Assembly (NCBI GenBank): GCA_965224195.1
Contig: OZ245040.1
Coordinates: forward strand, 928,001-992,000
Length of the DNA stretch: 64,000 nucleotides
DNA from: Nitrosopumilus sp.
Lineage (GTDB): Archaea; Thermoproteota; Nitrososphaeria; Nitrososphaerales; Nitrosopumilaceae
Direction: 5' to 3'
A model generated the notes under the pieces. The model worked only from the letters and a program-made list of their open reading frames with translations, searched no databases and was not told where the DNA came from. This document shows positions 10,256-20,417 of the stretch, piece by piece; within the stretch, counting starts at the first letter, position 1, and every line of letters starts with the position of its first letter. Made by a program: the position numbers and the translations under genes.

Positions 10256-11236
10256 TTACTTGTTGTGGATTTCTTCTAAGGTAACAATATGTCTTTTTTT
10301 AACAGGGAACATTTCTATTCCACTTAATTCAGTTTCATTATCATCATAATACAGTTCCACACTTGAAATATATTTTTTATAATTTTTTTCAAATATAATA
10401 AAAAGATCTTCTAAATCTATTTGAGTTTTTCCATTGCTCTTGTTTATTTTGACATGATCTTTCATCATAGGCAGTATATGGGATTCTATTTTTTCATCTT
10501 TTTCATCAGCATTCATTTCAATGAACATGAACAATTCAGAATCAGATCCAATTTTGGAAGCAGATGTAGTATGGCTAACACTACGGCACATTGCTTCTTT
10601 GAACAGTTCTACATCTAATTCTGACAAAAGTGATTCGTTAGTTTTTTTGTCACTATATACTAGCGAATTAATCAAATTATTGGGATTGATCACAAAATCA
10701 TATACATAGTGAGCCTCTAGTGTCTTTGTTTCATTTCCAAGAGTTTGTTGTTTTGCCTCTTTCTTTTTTTCACTTGCCTTTAGATCTGCATATGGAGAAA
10801 GTATTTGATTGTTAAAAAACAGATTTTCATCAAGTTTGTTAATGCCATAAGAAATCTGTGTTGTTCCGGTTAGTGAAACATTAGTTTTTCCAGCATATGT
10901 GGCACCAAATAATCTAACATCAAGTGCAGATGACAATTTGTCAATTGTGTCTGGTTTATTATCAGATGGTTTTGAATTAAAAACCGATTCATAGTTGTCA
11001 TCTATATTGCATGGATTGCCATCTTTTTTGTATCTCCTCCAAACAAACACTTTCTTGCCTTTGTCATGCAAATATTTTCTAACACAATATTTTAGTGCCT
11101 TATCTGTAGCATATATTGTTCCATTGTTATCAGGCAATCTTCGTGGTAATCCGCTAAAATCACTGTTAAAAGAGCTGTTTTGTGTCCTTACAATCAATAG
11201 GCCTTGTGCAAATTTCTTAAAATGTTTGCTTGTCAT
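10256..11236 (-). CDS. cas7: Type I-B Cas7 (Csh2-like)
   Basis: FNSDFSGLPR, ATDKALKYCVRKY, DVRLFGAT, SLTGTTQISYG; start taken at MTSKH. Confidence 0.9.
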   Translation of the reverse strand: MTSKHFKKFAQGLLIVRTQNSSFNSDFSGLPRRLPDNNGTIYATDKALKYCVRKYLHDKGKKVFVWRRYKKDGNPCNIDDNYESVFNSKPSDNKPDTIDKLSSALDVRLFGATYAGKTNVSLTGTTQISYGINKLDENLFFNNQILSPYADLKASEKKKEAKQQTLGNETKTLEAHYVYDFVINPNNLINSLVYSDKKTNESLLSELDVELFKEAMCRSVSHTTSASKIGSDSELFMFIEMNADEKDEKIESHILPMMKDHVKINKSNGKTQIDLEDLFIIFEKNYKKYISSVELYYDDNETELSGIEMFPVKKRHIVTLEEIHNK

Positions 11237-11261
11237 AGACACATCATTCCTTTTTCTTGTA

Positions 11262-12953
11262 TTAAATAATGTTTTCGTCAAATGCTCCAACATAAAATGG
11301 GATCTTTAATGGTATAAACGAACTGTCAGTTTCGTATGAAAGAACACATGATGCAATCTTTCTAAAACGCATATTGCTAAGATTTATCTCATGTCTATAT
11401 TGCTCTATAAGTTGTTCAATTGTTTTCTTGACTAGTTGTGTAGTAGACTTGTTGGTAAACGGTTCAAGAAGCCCATAGGTTTTGTCTTTTGATTTGGACA
11501 AAGACACCAAGTAGTAAGCTATTTGACCTGTAAAGTATGCCCATGCCTCATGACTAGCAATCTCAAATTTTTCAATCTCATTGGATGTAATCTTTTCTTT
11601 TGCATCTTTGATATGGTCTAAAACACAGTTAGTCTTATCTTTATTCTGCAATAACAAATGTCTGTTAAAAAACAAATTAAAGGTTTCCCTATAGTAGAAT
11701 GTAGTGTTATTTCTTATACTTTTTTCCACCCTAAACAAAATGATGTTTTGCAAATCTCTGTCAGTTAGCGTACGCTGATTTCTATAGACAAAATCAAATA
11801 CCTTTTGTCTTAGAGAATAAGTCAAGGTGGTCTGCTGCTGATCTTTTGCACTTATTATTTTACCAAAATATTGAATGTGGGGTTTATCAGTTAATGCTTT
11901 AGATATCTCTGATTCAATTTGAATACGAGTAACGGAATATGACTGTCTATCCTCATCAAAAAAATCTACATATTCACCAATTTCCCATTTATATCCCGTG
12001 ACATAATCAAAGAAATAATAATCATCGTGGGTAATTACAACAAGATAAAAATCAAATATTTTCTTGTCTTGTTTGAGTTGTTTAAAAATAAAATCAAATT
12101 TATTTTCATCTTTTTCTAGGTTAGATCCTAATAATTTGATTTCTGCATTTAGTTCATCAGGTACAATGAACAAAGGAAAAATTTTGATTTTGTAATGTTT
12201 TAGTATTTTATCAAATTTATCTAATTTTAGTACACAATCCCTGCATGCTCTAAGTGGAATACCTTTACCATTTTTACTAAACTTGGTAACATGTTTTAAA
12301 AAAATTTTCTTTTCATCATAGTTGGTCAAAAAATTAGGATTTGAAATTGTAGTGTTTTTGTTACATACAAAACACTCCCCATCAATGACAAGAGATGCCT
12401 TTCCTTGTGCTGTTTTCTTATTAATAGAATCAGATGCAATTTTTTCCCATTGAACAAATCTTTCTTCACCAGTATGAATCAATACATAAAAATTCAGATA
12501 CTTGAAAGTGTTATCGTTTTTTTCTTTCAAATCATCCGCCGCATCTTTTAGAATTTTGTGAATGTTTTTGATTAGTGTTTCATGTTCATTCTTTGAGAAT
12601 TTTGTTTGGCTTATTTTTTTCAAAAAACAGTTGAGGTTTTTGTCTGAAAGTTTGAAGGCAAAAAAAGAGTATGTTGCTAATCCACTCATACTGCCCAATG
12701 CTTTCTGTAGCATAGACGGCAAAATATAACCATCAAAGTTCTTTATTATTTTTTCATAATACTTGTTTTTATCAATCCATTCTTTGATTTTAGAATCATC
12801 ATCTAATATTTCAAGCTCATCATATTCAAGGAAGTTATTCTTTTCTTTGGTTTTAACTATGATAATTTTTTTTCCTGCATAATCTTTTTCAAATTTTTGT
12901 TCTGGTTTGTTTTTGTCATATGTATCAATAAACACGATTATCTCTTTTAGCAT
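11262..12953 (-). CDS. cas8b: Type I-B large subunit Cas8b
   Basis: Position between cas6 and cas7; CFVC...CRDC zinc finger; C-terminal YFTGQIAYYLVSLSKS..YGLLEPF. Confidence 0.8.
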   Translation of the reverse strand: MLKEIIVFIDTYDKNKPEQKFEKDYAGKKIIIVKTKEKNNFLEYDELEILDDDSKIKEWIDKNKYYEKIIKNFDGYILPSMLQKALGSMSGLATYSFFAFKLSDKNLNCFLKKISQTKFSKNEHETLIKNIHKILKDAADDLKEKNDNTFKYLNFYVLIHTGEERFVQWEKIASDSINKKTAQGKASLVIDGECFVCNKNTTISNPNFLTNYDEKKIFLKHVTKFSKNGKGIPLRACRDCVLKLDKFDKILKHYKIKIFPLFIVPDELNAEIKLLGSNLEKDENKFDFIFKQLKQDKKIFDFYLVVITHDDYYFFDYVTGYKWEIGEYVDFFDEDRQSYSVTRIQIESEISKALTDKPHIQYFGKIISAKDQQQTTLTYSLRQKVFDFVYRNQRTLTDRDLQNIILFRVEKSIRNNTTFYYRETFNLFFNRHLLLQNKDKTNCVLDHIKDAKEKITSNEIEKFEIASHEAWAYFTGQIAYYLVSLSKSKDKTYGLLEPFTNKSTTQLVKKTIEQLIEQYRHEINLSNMRFRKIASCVLSYETDSSFIPLKIPFYVGAFDENII

Positions 12954-12993
12954 CTATCACACAACATTGTAATCAATAATTCTAAATTATATA

Positions 12994-13743
12994 TCATTTT
13001 AAAATTATCTTTTTAATAACAGGATTCACAAAACCAAAACCAAGTGAATTTCGTTCCCCTAATCCACAATCAAGAGCAAACTTTTGAATTTTAGGCGAAA
13101 TACCAGATGAAAACTCTATATTCCATAATGACCCAATAATTGGAATTTTTGACGTTCCCTGCTCAATTTTAGTTGATACCTGTTTTTTGAATTCATATCG
13201 CTCAAAGATTCTTTTTTTAATTTGTAATCCAGTAAACTCGGTATATTTTTTTCGCATATTGGCCTCAAGTGCATCAATGAACAGGTCAACTGGATGATCA
13301 GATCTCCACAGGACTGACTTGTAAGGAGCAGTATTCGTTATTTTCCCATAATATTTTTCAATAGGTATACGCACAATTATCGGAGATTGGGTAACTATTT
13401 TTAATGGAAATACTAAATTTTTTTCAGGTACTTTTGTTACCTTAATTATCTTAAATAAACTTCCAATTGATATTAGTACATGATTGTCAATGATTTTGTT
13501 TAATTGATCATGTATCTGGTTTATGAGTTCTTTATCAGGTGAAGATATAATCAAATGGTAATGCTTATAATTTGTTGATTTGAATATGTTTGAAAAGCAA
13601 AAGAACTTGTATCCTTTTTTATCATGTAGTTGATCAAAGCTGCTATTTCGAAGAAAAGAGTAGATAAATCCTTGGATTTTTCCATGATATTCAAAATTAA
13701 TTTGATAATTTTGTAATGGTTTTATGAAAAGCAGTATACGCAT
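12994..13743 (-). CDS. cas6: Cas6 crRNA-processing endoribonuclease
   Basis: LHDKKGYKFFCFSNIF and G-rich loop GLGERNSLGFGF. Confidence 0.95.
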   Translation of the reverse strand: MRILLFIKPLQNYQINFEYHGKIQGFIYSFLRNSSFDQLHDKKGYKFFCFSNIFKSTNYKHYHLIISSPDKELINQIHDQLNKIIDNHVLISIGSLFKIIKVTKVPEKNLVFPLKIVTQSPIIVRIPIEKYYGKITNTAPYKSVLWRSDHPVDLFIDALEANMRKKYTEFTGLQIKKRIFERYEFKKQVSTKIEQGTSKIPIIGSLWNIEFSSGISPKIQKFALDCGLGERNSLGFGFVNPVIKKIILK

Positions 13744-13811
13744 ACTATAATTGATTGAGTTTGCTTATTTCATCTTTTAGTTGAAAAATATGTTTAAGGA
13801 GGTCTTCTCCA

Positions 13812-16800
13812 ATTTCAATCCTCAGTAGTTGGGAAAGTAAAATCTAATTACTTGAGTTTCGGTTATTCCACATCGATTTTATGATGATATTTCTATTAAT
13901 CCTATAATTTGAGCCCGATATTTGTCTAGGCACAAAAATCAATATGGAAAATTTAGTGAAAATCGCCCTCTCACAAGTTACTTTCCCAAGTACTGATCCT
14001 ATAATAGTTCGATTCAAACGAGCCATAATGATGTAGCAACTTTGAAAGATTGGTAATTTCAATCCTATAATAGTTCGATTCAAACTGGGATTTTACTTGT
14101 TGCAGGACAGAGTACCTGGTACATTTCAATCCTATAATAGTTCGATTCAAACCCTTGTCGTCGGTTATGCCAAGGTAAGTTCGTACATAATTTCAATCCT
14201 ATAATAGTTCGATTCAAACTGTCTCGGCCTGGAGGCTTTGGAAACGTTTCCTGGCATTTCAATCCTATAATAGTTCGATTCAAACTGGAAAGCGATGCGG
14301 GATGTGCGACATATATCTGACTATTTCAATCCTATAATAGTTCGATTCAAACGAGCAATGAGGATCTATATAAAAAGATAAATTCACAATTTCAATCCTA
14401 TAATAGTTCGATTCAAACTTGATGAAATTAGAACATCATCTGAGATGTTCTCCGATTTCAATCCTATAATAGTTCGATTCAAACCTAATCGCAAAATCGA
14501 CAACAAGATATTTCCATTCAATTTCAATCCTATAATAGTTCGATTCAAACGTATAGCTCTGAAACATGATATCCTGCTGTGATGCCTATTTCAATCCTAT
14601 AATAGTTCGATTCAAACTAATCAAACCTCCGATCCAGATGTGAATACTTCATCATTTCAATCCTATAATAGTTCGATTCAAACGATCCTGCGTCCTTTAC
14701 CTCGCCGGAAAACGAGTCAAATTTCAATCCTATAATAGTTCGATTCAAACGACGACAATATTAACATGTGAGCGTATGTTAGTTTCATTTCAATCCTATA
14801 ATAGTTCGATTCAAACTCGTAACATAGGCACAAATGCGGCAGGAGTTGGGGTATTTCAATCCTATAATAGTTCGATTCAAACCAGCTGTTACAGCATAAC
14901 AAACATGCTAAATTCCCAATTTCAATCCTATAATAGTTCGATTCAAACTGGTATTGAATCCTATAATAACATCTCAAACGCATAATTTCAATCCTATAAT
15001 AGTTCGATTCAAACACGAAAGCGATGCGGGATGTGTGCCATATACCTGGTGATTTCAATCCTATAATAGTTCGATTCAAACAAGACATGAACAGACTGCT
15101 AAACGCTCAAATTTGTGATTTCAATCCTATAATAGTTCGATTCAAACATGCGCGCTTGATGTATACGCCTACTGTAGATACATCCCATTTCAATCCTATA
15201 ATAGTTCGATTCAAACAGTTCCAAACGATTATAATTATATCGTGATGGCATAATTTCAATCCTATAATAGTTCGATTCAAACATGGCAATCGCCAAGTTC
15301 TAAGACACATTGTAATTTAATTTCAATCCTATAATAGTTCGATTCAAACAATCCATGTCAGCACCTGTCCGTCTGGCGTTATCGTATTTCAATCCTATAA
15401 TAGTTCGATTCAAACCGACAGCAAACGCGCATTCTGCAGGTGTCGCGGCAATATTTCAATCCTATAATAGTTCGATTCAAACCCACGATCAGAGACAGAA
15501 GGAAAAGGGAAACGGATTCATTTCAATCCTATAATAGTTCGATTCAAACCTTGATCCAATAGAATGGGAAACAAGGCATAATACCATTTCAATCCTATAA
15601 TAGTTCGATTCAAACGACAGATCATACTGTTGATATGCCGCGTATATCATGCATTTCAATCCTATAATAGTTCGATTCAAACGCGCACATTTGTATCGTG
15701 AACACTATAAGAGTATTCAATTTCAATCCTATAATAGTTCGATTCAAACTATTGTAATCTGTCATGTAAGCGGTCATTGCGTATTCATTTCAATCCTATA
15801 ATAGTTCGATTCAAACCTTGATCCAATAGAATGGGAAACAAGGCATAATACCATTTCAATCCTATAATAGTTCGATTCAAACGACAGATCATACTGTTGA
15901 TATGCCGCGTATATCATGCATTTCAATCCTATAATAGTTCGATTCAAACCTCAACAGACAAGACGGCAGCGGGGTCAGTGACCTCATTTCAATCCTATAA
16001 TAGTTCGATTCAAACGGCAAACACTCCCCTCCATGTATCACTGCAGCAAAAATTTCAATCCTATAATAGTTCGATTCAAACCGCAGAATATGATAGTGTT
16101 AACAATGTCTACAACAAATTTCAATCCTATAATAGTTCGATTCAAACACGGCACATGGGCAATCAGATCAGCCGGCACCTGATTTCAATCCTATAATAGT
16201 TCGATTCAAACTTTATTCTGTCAGCCATTGTTAAATAAGTTTAATTGTATTTCAATCCTATAATAGTTCGATTCAAACAGTCCGGCGCCACAATACACGT
16301 CTCACCCGCTATTACATTTCAATCCTATAATAGTTCGATTCAAACCAATTCTGGAAATGGATCATCCTCGTCAAACTCGTCATTTCAATCCTATAATAGT
16401 TCGATTCAAACCAGAAATGGAAAAAATACCATCAAACTCTGTAGACCATTTCAATCCTATAATAGTTCGATTCAAACCGCCTTGGGGCAGAGGTATTAAC
16501 ATATTAGATTCTCATTTCAATCCTATAATAGTTCGATTCAAACTTGATACGAATTGCAATGATGGAGGATTCTCTGCAAATTTCAATCCTATAATAGTTC
16601 GATTCAAACCTGTATCAGAATTCATATTCAAACTGAACTTTATGCATTTCAATCCTATAATAGTTCGATTCAAACAATTTGCAAAAATCTTCATTGCAAC
16701 TGTGGGATAAGATTTCAATCCTATAATAGTTCGATTCAAACTGTTCTGTCATATCCGCTAAAATCATGATCCGAATAAATTTCAATCCTATAATAGTTCG

Positions 16801-18529
16801 ATTCAAACTAATTTGCCACTGGACATCATACCCCACTTCATCAAATTTCAATCCTATAATAGTTCGATTCAAACACGAAGATAGAAGCGAGTGCTACACC
16901 GACTACTACATTTCAATCCTATAATAGTTCGATTCAAACGGGTCTGATACAGCCCAAAGAACGCAAAATGCAGAATTTCAATCCTATAATAGTTCGATTC
17001 AAACCGGCAAAGATACAACCGCTAGTGGCTTACACCCCCTATTTCAATCCTATAATAGTTCGATTCAAACGCATTTTTTACACCGTTTGAATCGTTTACC
17101 AGCTTCAATTTCAATCCTATAATAGTTCGATTCAAACGCGGCACATACACAAACGCTGTATCAAGGGGTTGGATTTCAATCCTATAATAGTTCGATTCAA
17201 ACCCAGCTGATGGCAGTGACTTTCAATTATTATAATTTCAATCCTATAATAGTTCGATTCAAACTTATTTCCTGGCCTTGGCTATGATACAGCCTATAAG
17301 ATTTCAATCCTATAATAGTTCGATTCAAACTTTGTCTAGCAAATCTTGCAATCCACCATAAGTTAATTTCAATCCTATAATAGTTCGATTCAAACAAGTC
17401 TGAATTATTGACAATGCCATATACCCATAGAATTTCAATCCTATAATAGTTCGATTCAAACAAAGAATTGCACACATTCACATGTCCGACATCACACATT
17501 TCAATCCTATAATAGTTCGATTCAAACTAAGCGATGACCTAGATGATGCAAAGGTCGATTACGAATTTCAATCCTATAATAGTTCGATTCAAACAAGTAA
17601 CAGATCCTTCTAGTTGTGCTATGTAATCATATTTCAATCCTATAATAGTTCGATTCAAACGAACAACACTTAGGCGTTAAATCCTTCGAGGTTCTAATTT
17701 CAATCCTATAATAGTTCGATTCAAACCTATTACTTTGGTCTTTGATTCTCACTTTGCTCTGAAATTTCAATCCTATAATAGTTCGATTCAAACCAAAAAC
17801 TAGGCTCCTGGATAAAATGCGATGAAGAAGAATTTCAATCCTATAATAGTTCGATTCAAACTTTGCTCGTAAGAGATATCACGGTATGAGAATGACCTAC
17901 ATTTCAATCCTATAATAGTTCGATTCAAACGAGATAACTGATGATGATCTCTGGCAAAGAATACAGTCATTTCAATCCTATAATAGTTCGATTCAAACGT
18001 CTCTAACAGAACAGCAACACGACAGTCATACCACTATTTCAATCCTATAATAGTTCGATTCAAACATGCAACTGATGCGCTGTATTATGTTACAGTTGAT
18101 GATTTCAATCCTATAATAGTTCGATTCAAACAAATTACTATGGCACTATATCCAGGATCGGTAAATGATTTCAATCCTATAATAGTTCGATTCAAACGTT
18201 CCGAAGAGACCGGGATGAGGATGAGGATAAGAATTTCAATCCTATAATAGTTCGATTCAAACTGGAATTGGTGAATCCTGTGAATTTCTGAATTCTTGAA
18301 ATTTCAATCCTATAATAGTTCGATTCAAACTTTGACCGAATTAGCTATGAATCTAGATTTGCATCAATTTCAATCCTATAATAGTTCGATTCAAACTATA
18401 TCAGAATCGTTATAGCAGCGAGGGCAAAGATGAATTTCAATCCTATAATAGTTCGATTCAAACCAGAACTGCCACTAGTGCTATTGTTCCCTATTGGTTA
18501 TTTCAATCCTATAATAGTTCGATTCAAAC
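13812..18529 (-). CRISPR. CRISPR array: 69 repeats of 30 bp (GTTTGAATCGAACTATTATAGGATTGAAAT on the minus strand) and 68 spacers of about 32-39 bp; the terminal repeat is split by a MITE
   Basis: ATTTCAATCCTATAATAGTTCGATTCAAAC recurs every ~66 bp from 14056 to 18529. The ATTGAAAT 3' handle and the leader at 18530+ give minus-strand orientation. Counts are by hand. Confidence 0.98.
13823..13995. mobile_element. 173-bp MITE, ISH3-family-like, with 18-bp TIRs and 5-bp TSD ATCCT
   Basis: Left TIR CAGTAGTTGGGAAAGTAA (13823-13840) and right TIR TTACTTTCCCAAGTACTG (13978-13995), 17/18 match. ATCCT at 13818-13822 and 13996-14000. Removing it restores a perfect repeat. Confidence 0.9.
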
Positions 18530-18679
18530 CCCGCCGTATTTGTGCGTAAGTACTTGTCCTAGCCCATTCTTTATTATTCTATCCCAAGTGCTGCATATGC
18601 TATATAATGGCAGCGATGCAATGTCGTAACTCTCCTTTAGCTGGTTTAATATGGCACCTATTTTTATTATATTTTCCAA
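18530..18679. promoter_or_regulatory. CRISPR leader shared with the divergent cas4 promoter
   Basis: 150-bp non-coding gap; TATA-like TATATAA at ~18601 and TTTAATAT at ~18645. Confidence 0.7.
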
Positions 18680-19171
18680 ATGGCAGATCCCCCCAATCTT
18701 ACTGGAACACAGATAAACTACTATTTTGTGTGCAAGAGAAAGCTCTGGCTGTCCTCACATAACATTGCCTTTGAGTCAAGCTCTGATCTGGTAAAAATTG
18801 GCAGTCTAATAGACAAGGACTCTTTTAAGAGAAAGAAAAAAAACATCCGGATAGGAGACATATCAATAGACCATATTGACAAGGGGGTAATACACGAGGT
18901 CAAAAAATCCGACAAGATTCATGATGCCCATGAATACCAGCTGCTCTACTACATCTACTATCTCAAAAAACTAGGAATAAGGACGACTGGCATACTCAAC
19001 TATCCAAAGCTGAAAAAAACGGTAAAGGTAGTCCTGACAAAACAGAAGCAGGCCTTTTTGGATAACATAGTCCGTGATGCTGCCAAGATAATCTCTGAGA
19101 AAAAGCCTCAAGCTGCAGAATACAAGCCAATATGTGACAAGTGCGCCTATGCGGAGTACTGCTGGTCATGA
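18680..19171 (+). CDS. cas4: Cas4
   Basis: YYFVCKRKLWL, HEVKKS, QLLYYIYYL, CDKCAYAEYC Fe-S cysteines. Confidence 0.95.
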   Translation: MADPPNLTGTQINYYFVCKRKLWLSSHNIAFESSSDLVKIGSLIDKDSFKRKKKNIRIGDISIDHIDKGVIHEVKKSDKIHDAHEYQLLYYIYYLKKLGIRTTGILNYPKLKKTVKVVLTKQKQAFLDNIVRDAAKIISEKKPQAAEYKPICDKCAYAEYCWS

Positions 19172-20154
19172 ACGATTACTACATATTCAAGGGAGGACGG
19201 GTCAAGCGTACTCAAAACACCATACAGATAATATCTGCTGACGATGAGAAAAAATCAATATCTGTAATGGATGTCAGGGCACTGCACATATTTGGCCAGT
19301 GTGACTTTAATTCGGCGTTGATAGTTTTTTTAAACACAAAGGGGATTGCGGTACATTTTTACAACTATTATGGAAATTATGCAGGAAGCTACTATCCGCG
19401 TGAGAAGCTCCTGTCTGGTCTGGTGACAGTACGGCAGGTACAGCATTATCTGAATCAGCAAAAAAGAATGTATCTTGCATCTGAATTCATACGTGCAGCT
19501 ACGCACAACATGCTTGCAAACCTGCGCTATTACAAGTCAAAGAAAAAGGACGTCTCTGTCCACATTGAAAAAATACAGCAACTGCAACAGAAGATGCCCT
19601 CATGCAGTAATATTGATGAGCTGATGGGAATAGAGGGAAACTGCAGAAACATATACTATGATTCATTTGACAGTTTTCTGAGGGATGACTTTAAGATGGA
19701 AAAAAGAACCAGAATGCCGCCACAAAACATGCTTAACTCGCTGATATCGTTTGGAAACAGCATGATGTATGGAAGTGCCGTAACTGAGATATATCACTCA
19801 CAGTTGGATCCTACCGTAAGCTATCTGCACGAGCCTGGATACAGAAGATTTTCATTGTCTTTGGACATCGCCGAGGTGTTCAAACCCGTAATCGTGGACA
19901 AGACAATATTTAAGATCGTAAACAGCAGGATGCTTGGTTCTGGAGACTTTGATGACTCTATGAATGGCTGTTACCTTGGAGAATCTGGGAGGAAGACGTT
20001 TGTCAAAGAGTATGATGAAAGACTGGACAGTACCGTCTATGTCTCTTCATTGAAAAAAAATGTGAGTTACAGGCGACTGTTGAGGATGGAATGCCACAAG
20101 ATAGTCAAGCACATTGTGGAGGATGCACGCTATGTCGGATTCAGACAGAGATAA
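19168..20154 (+). CDS. cas1: Type I-B Cas1
   Basis: HFYNYYGNYAGSYYPRE, LMGIEG, NSLISFGNS, SYLHEP, SLDIAEVFKP; ATG at 19168 overlaps the cas4 stop. Confidence 0.96.
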   Translation: MNDYYIFKGGRVKRTQNTIQIISADDEKKSISVMDVRALHIFGQCDFNSALIVFLNTKGIAVHFYNYYGNYAGSYYPREKLLSGLVTVRQVQHYLNQQKRMYLASEFIRAATHNMLANLRYYKSKKKDVSVHIEKIQQLQQKMPSCSNIDELMGIEGNCRNIYYDSFDSFLRDDFKMEKRTRMPPQNMLNSLISFGNSMMYGSAVTEIYHSQLDPTVSYLHEPGYRRFSLSLDIAEVFKPVIVDKTIFKIVNSRMLGSGDFDDSMNGCYLGESGRKTFVKEYDERLDSTVYVSSLKKNVSYRRLLRMECHKIVKHIVEDARYVGFRQR

Positions 20155-20417
20155 TGTATTGCATAATAACGTATGACATTGGCACAGAGCGGATTGACGC
20201 AGTGCGTATAATGATCAAGCAATACCTCAACTGGATTCAAAATTCGGTCTTTGAAGGAGACATATCTGTGTCAAACTTGGCAGAGTTAAAGTCCAGAGTA
20301 TCTGACCTGATAAATGATGGCGAGGATTCGGTTCTTGTATTTACTGTAAACAATCCTGCATGGATAAAAAAAGAGGTGGTGGGAATTGATAAAAATAACC
20401 TGGATAACATAATATAG
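20154..20417 (+). CDS. cas2: Cas2
   Basis: MYCIITYDI...YLNWIQNSVFEG; TAATG coupling with cas1. Confidence 0.95.
   Translation: MYCIITYDIGTERIDAVRIMIKQYLNWIQNSVFEGDISVSNLAELKSRVSDLINDGEDSVLVFTVNNPAWIKKEVVGIDKNNLDNII

Noticed and set aside
11262-11660. Internally translated Cas11b from the 3' end of cas8b
   Set aside because: A Cas11-like C-terminal region is plausible, but no in-frame ATG precedes it; not supportable from sequence alone
12954-12993. CreTA-like toxin-antitoxin RNA between cas6 and cas8b, as in haloarchaeal type I-B
   Set aside because: The gap is only 40 bp with no repeat-like sequence
14430-14451. 8-bp hairpin (AGAACATC/GATGTTCT) within a spacer
   Set aside because: A short inverted repeat in one of 68 spacers, with no other support
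13844-17499. Many short ORFs in the array (NRTIIGLK, FESNYYRIE, FQSYNSSIQT repeats)
   Set aside because: They are translations of the CRISPR repeat in different frames, not genes
14020-18499. Self-targeting spacers matching this window
   Set aside because: Spot checks by eye found no full-length match; an exhaustive search of the whole genome is still needed
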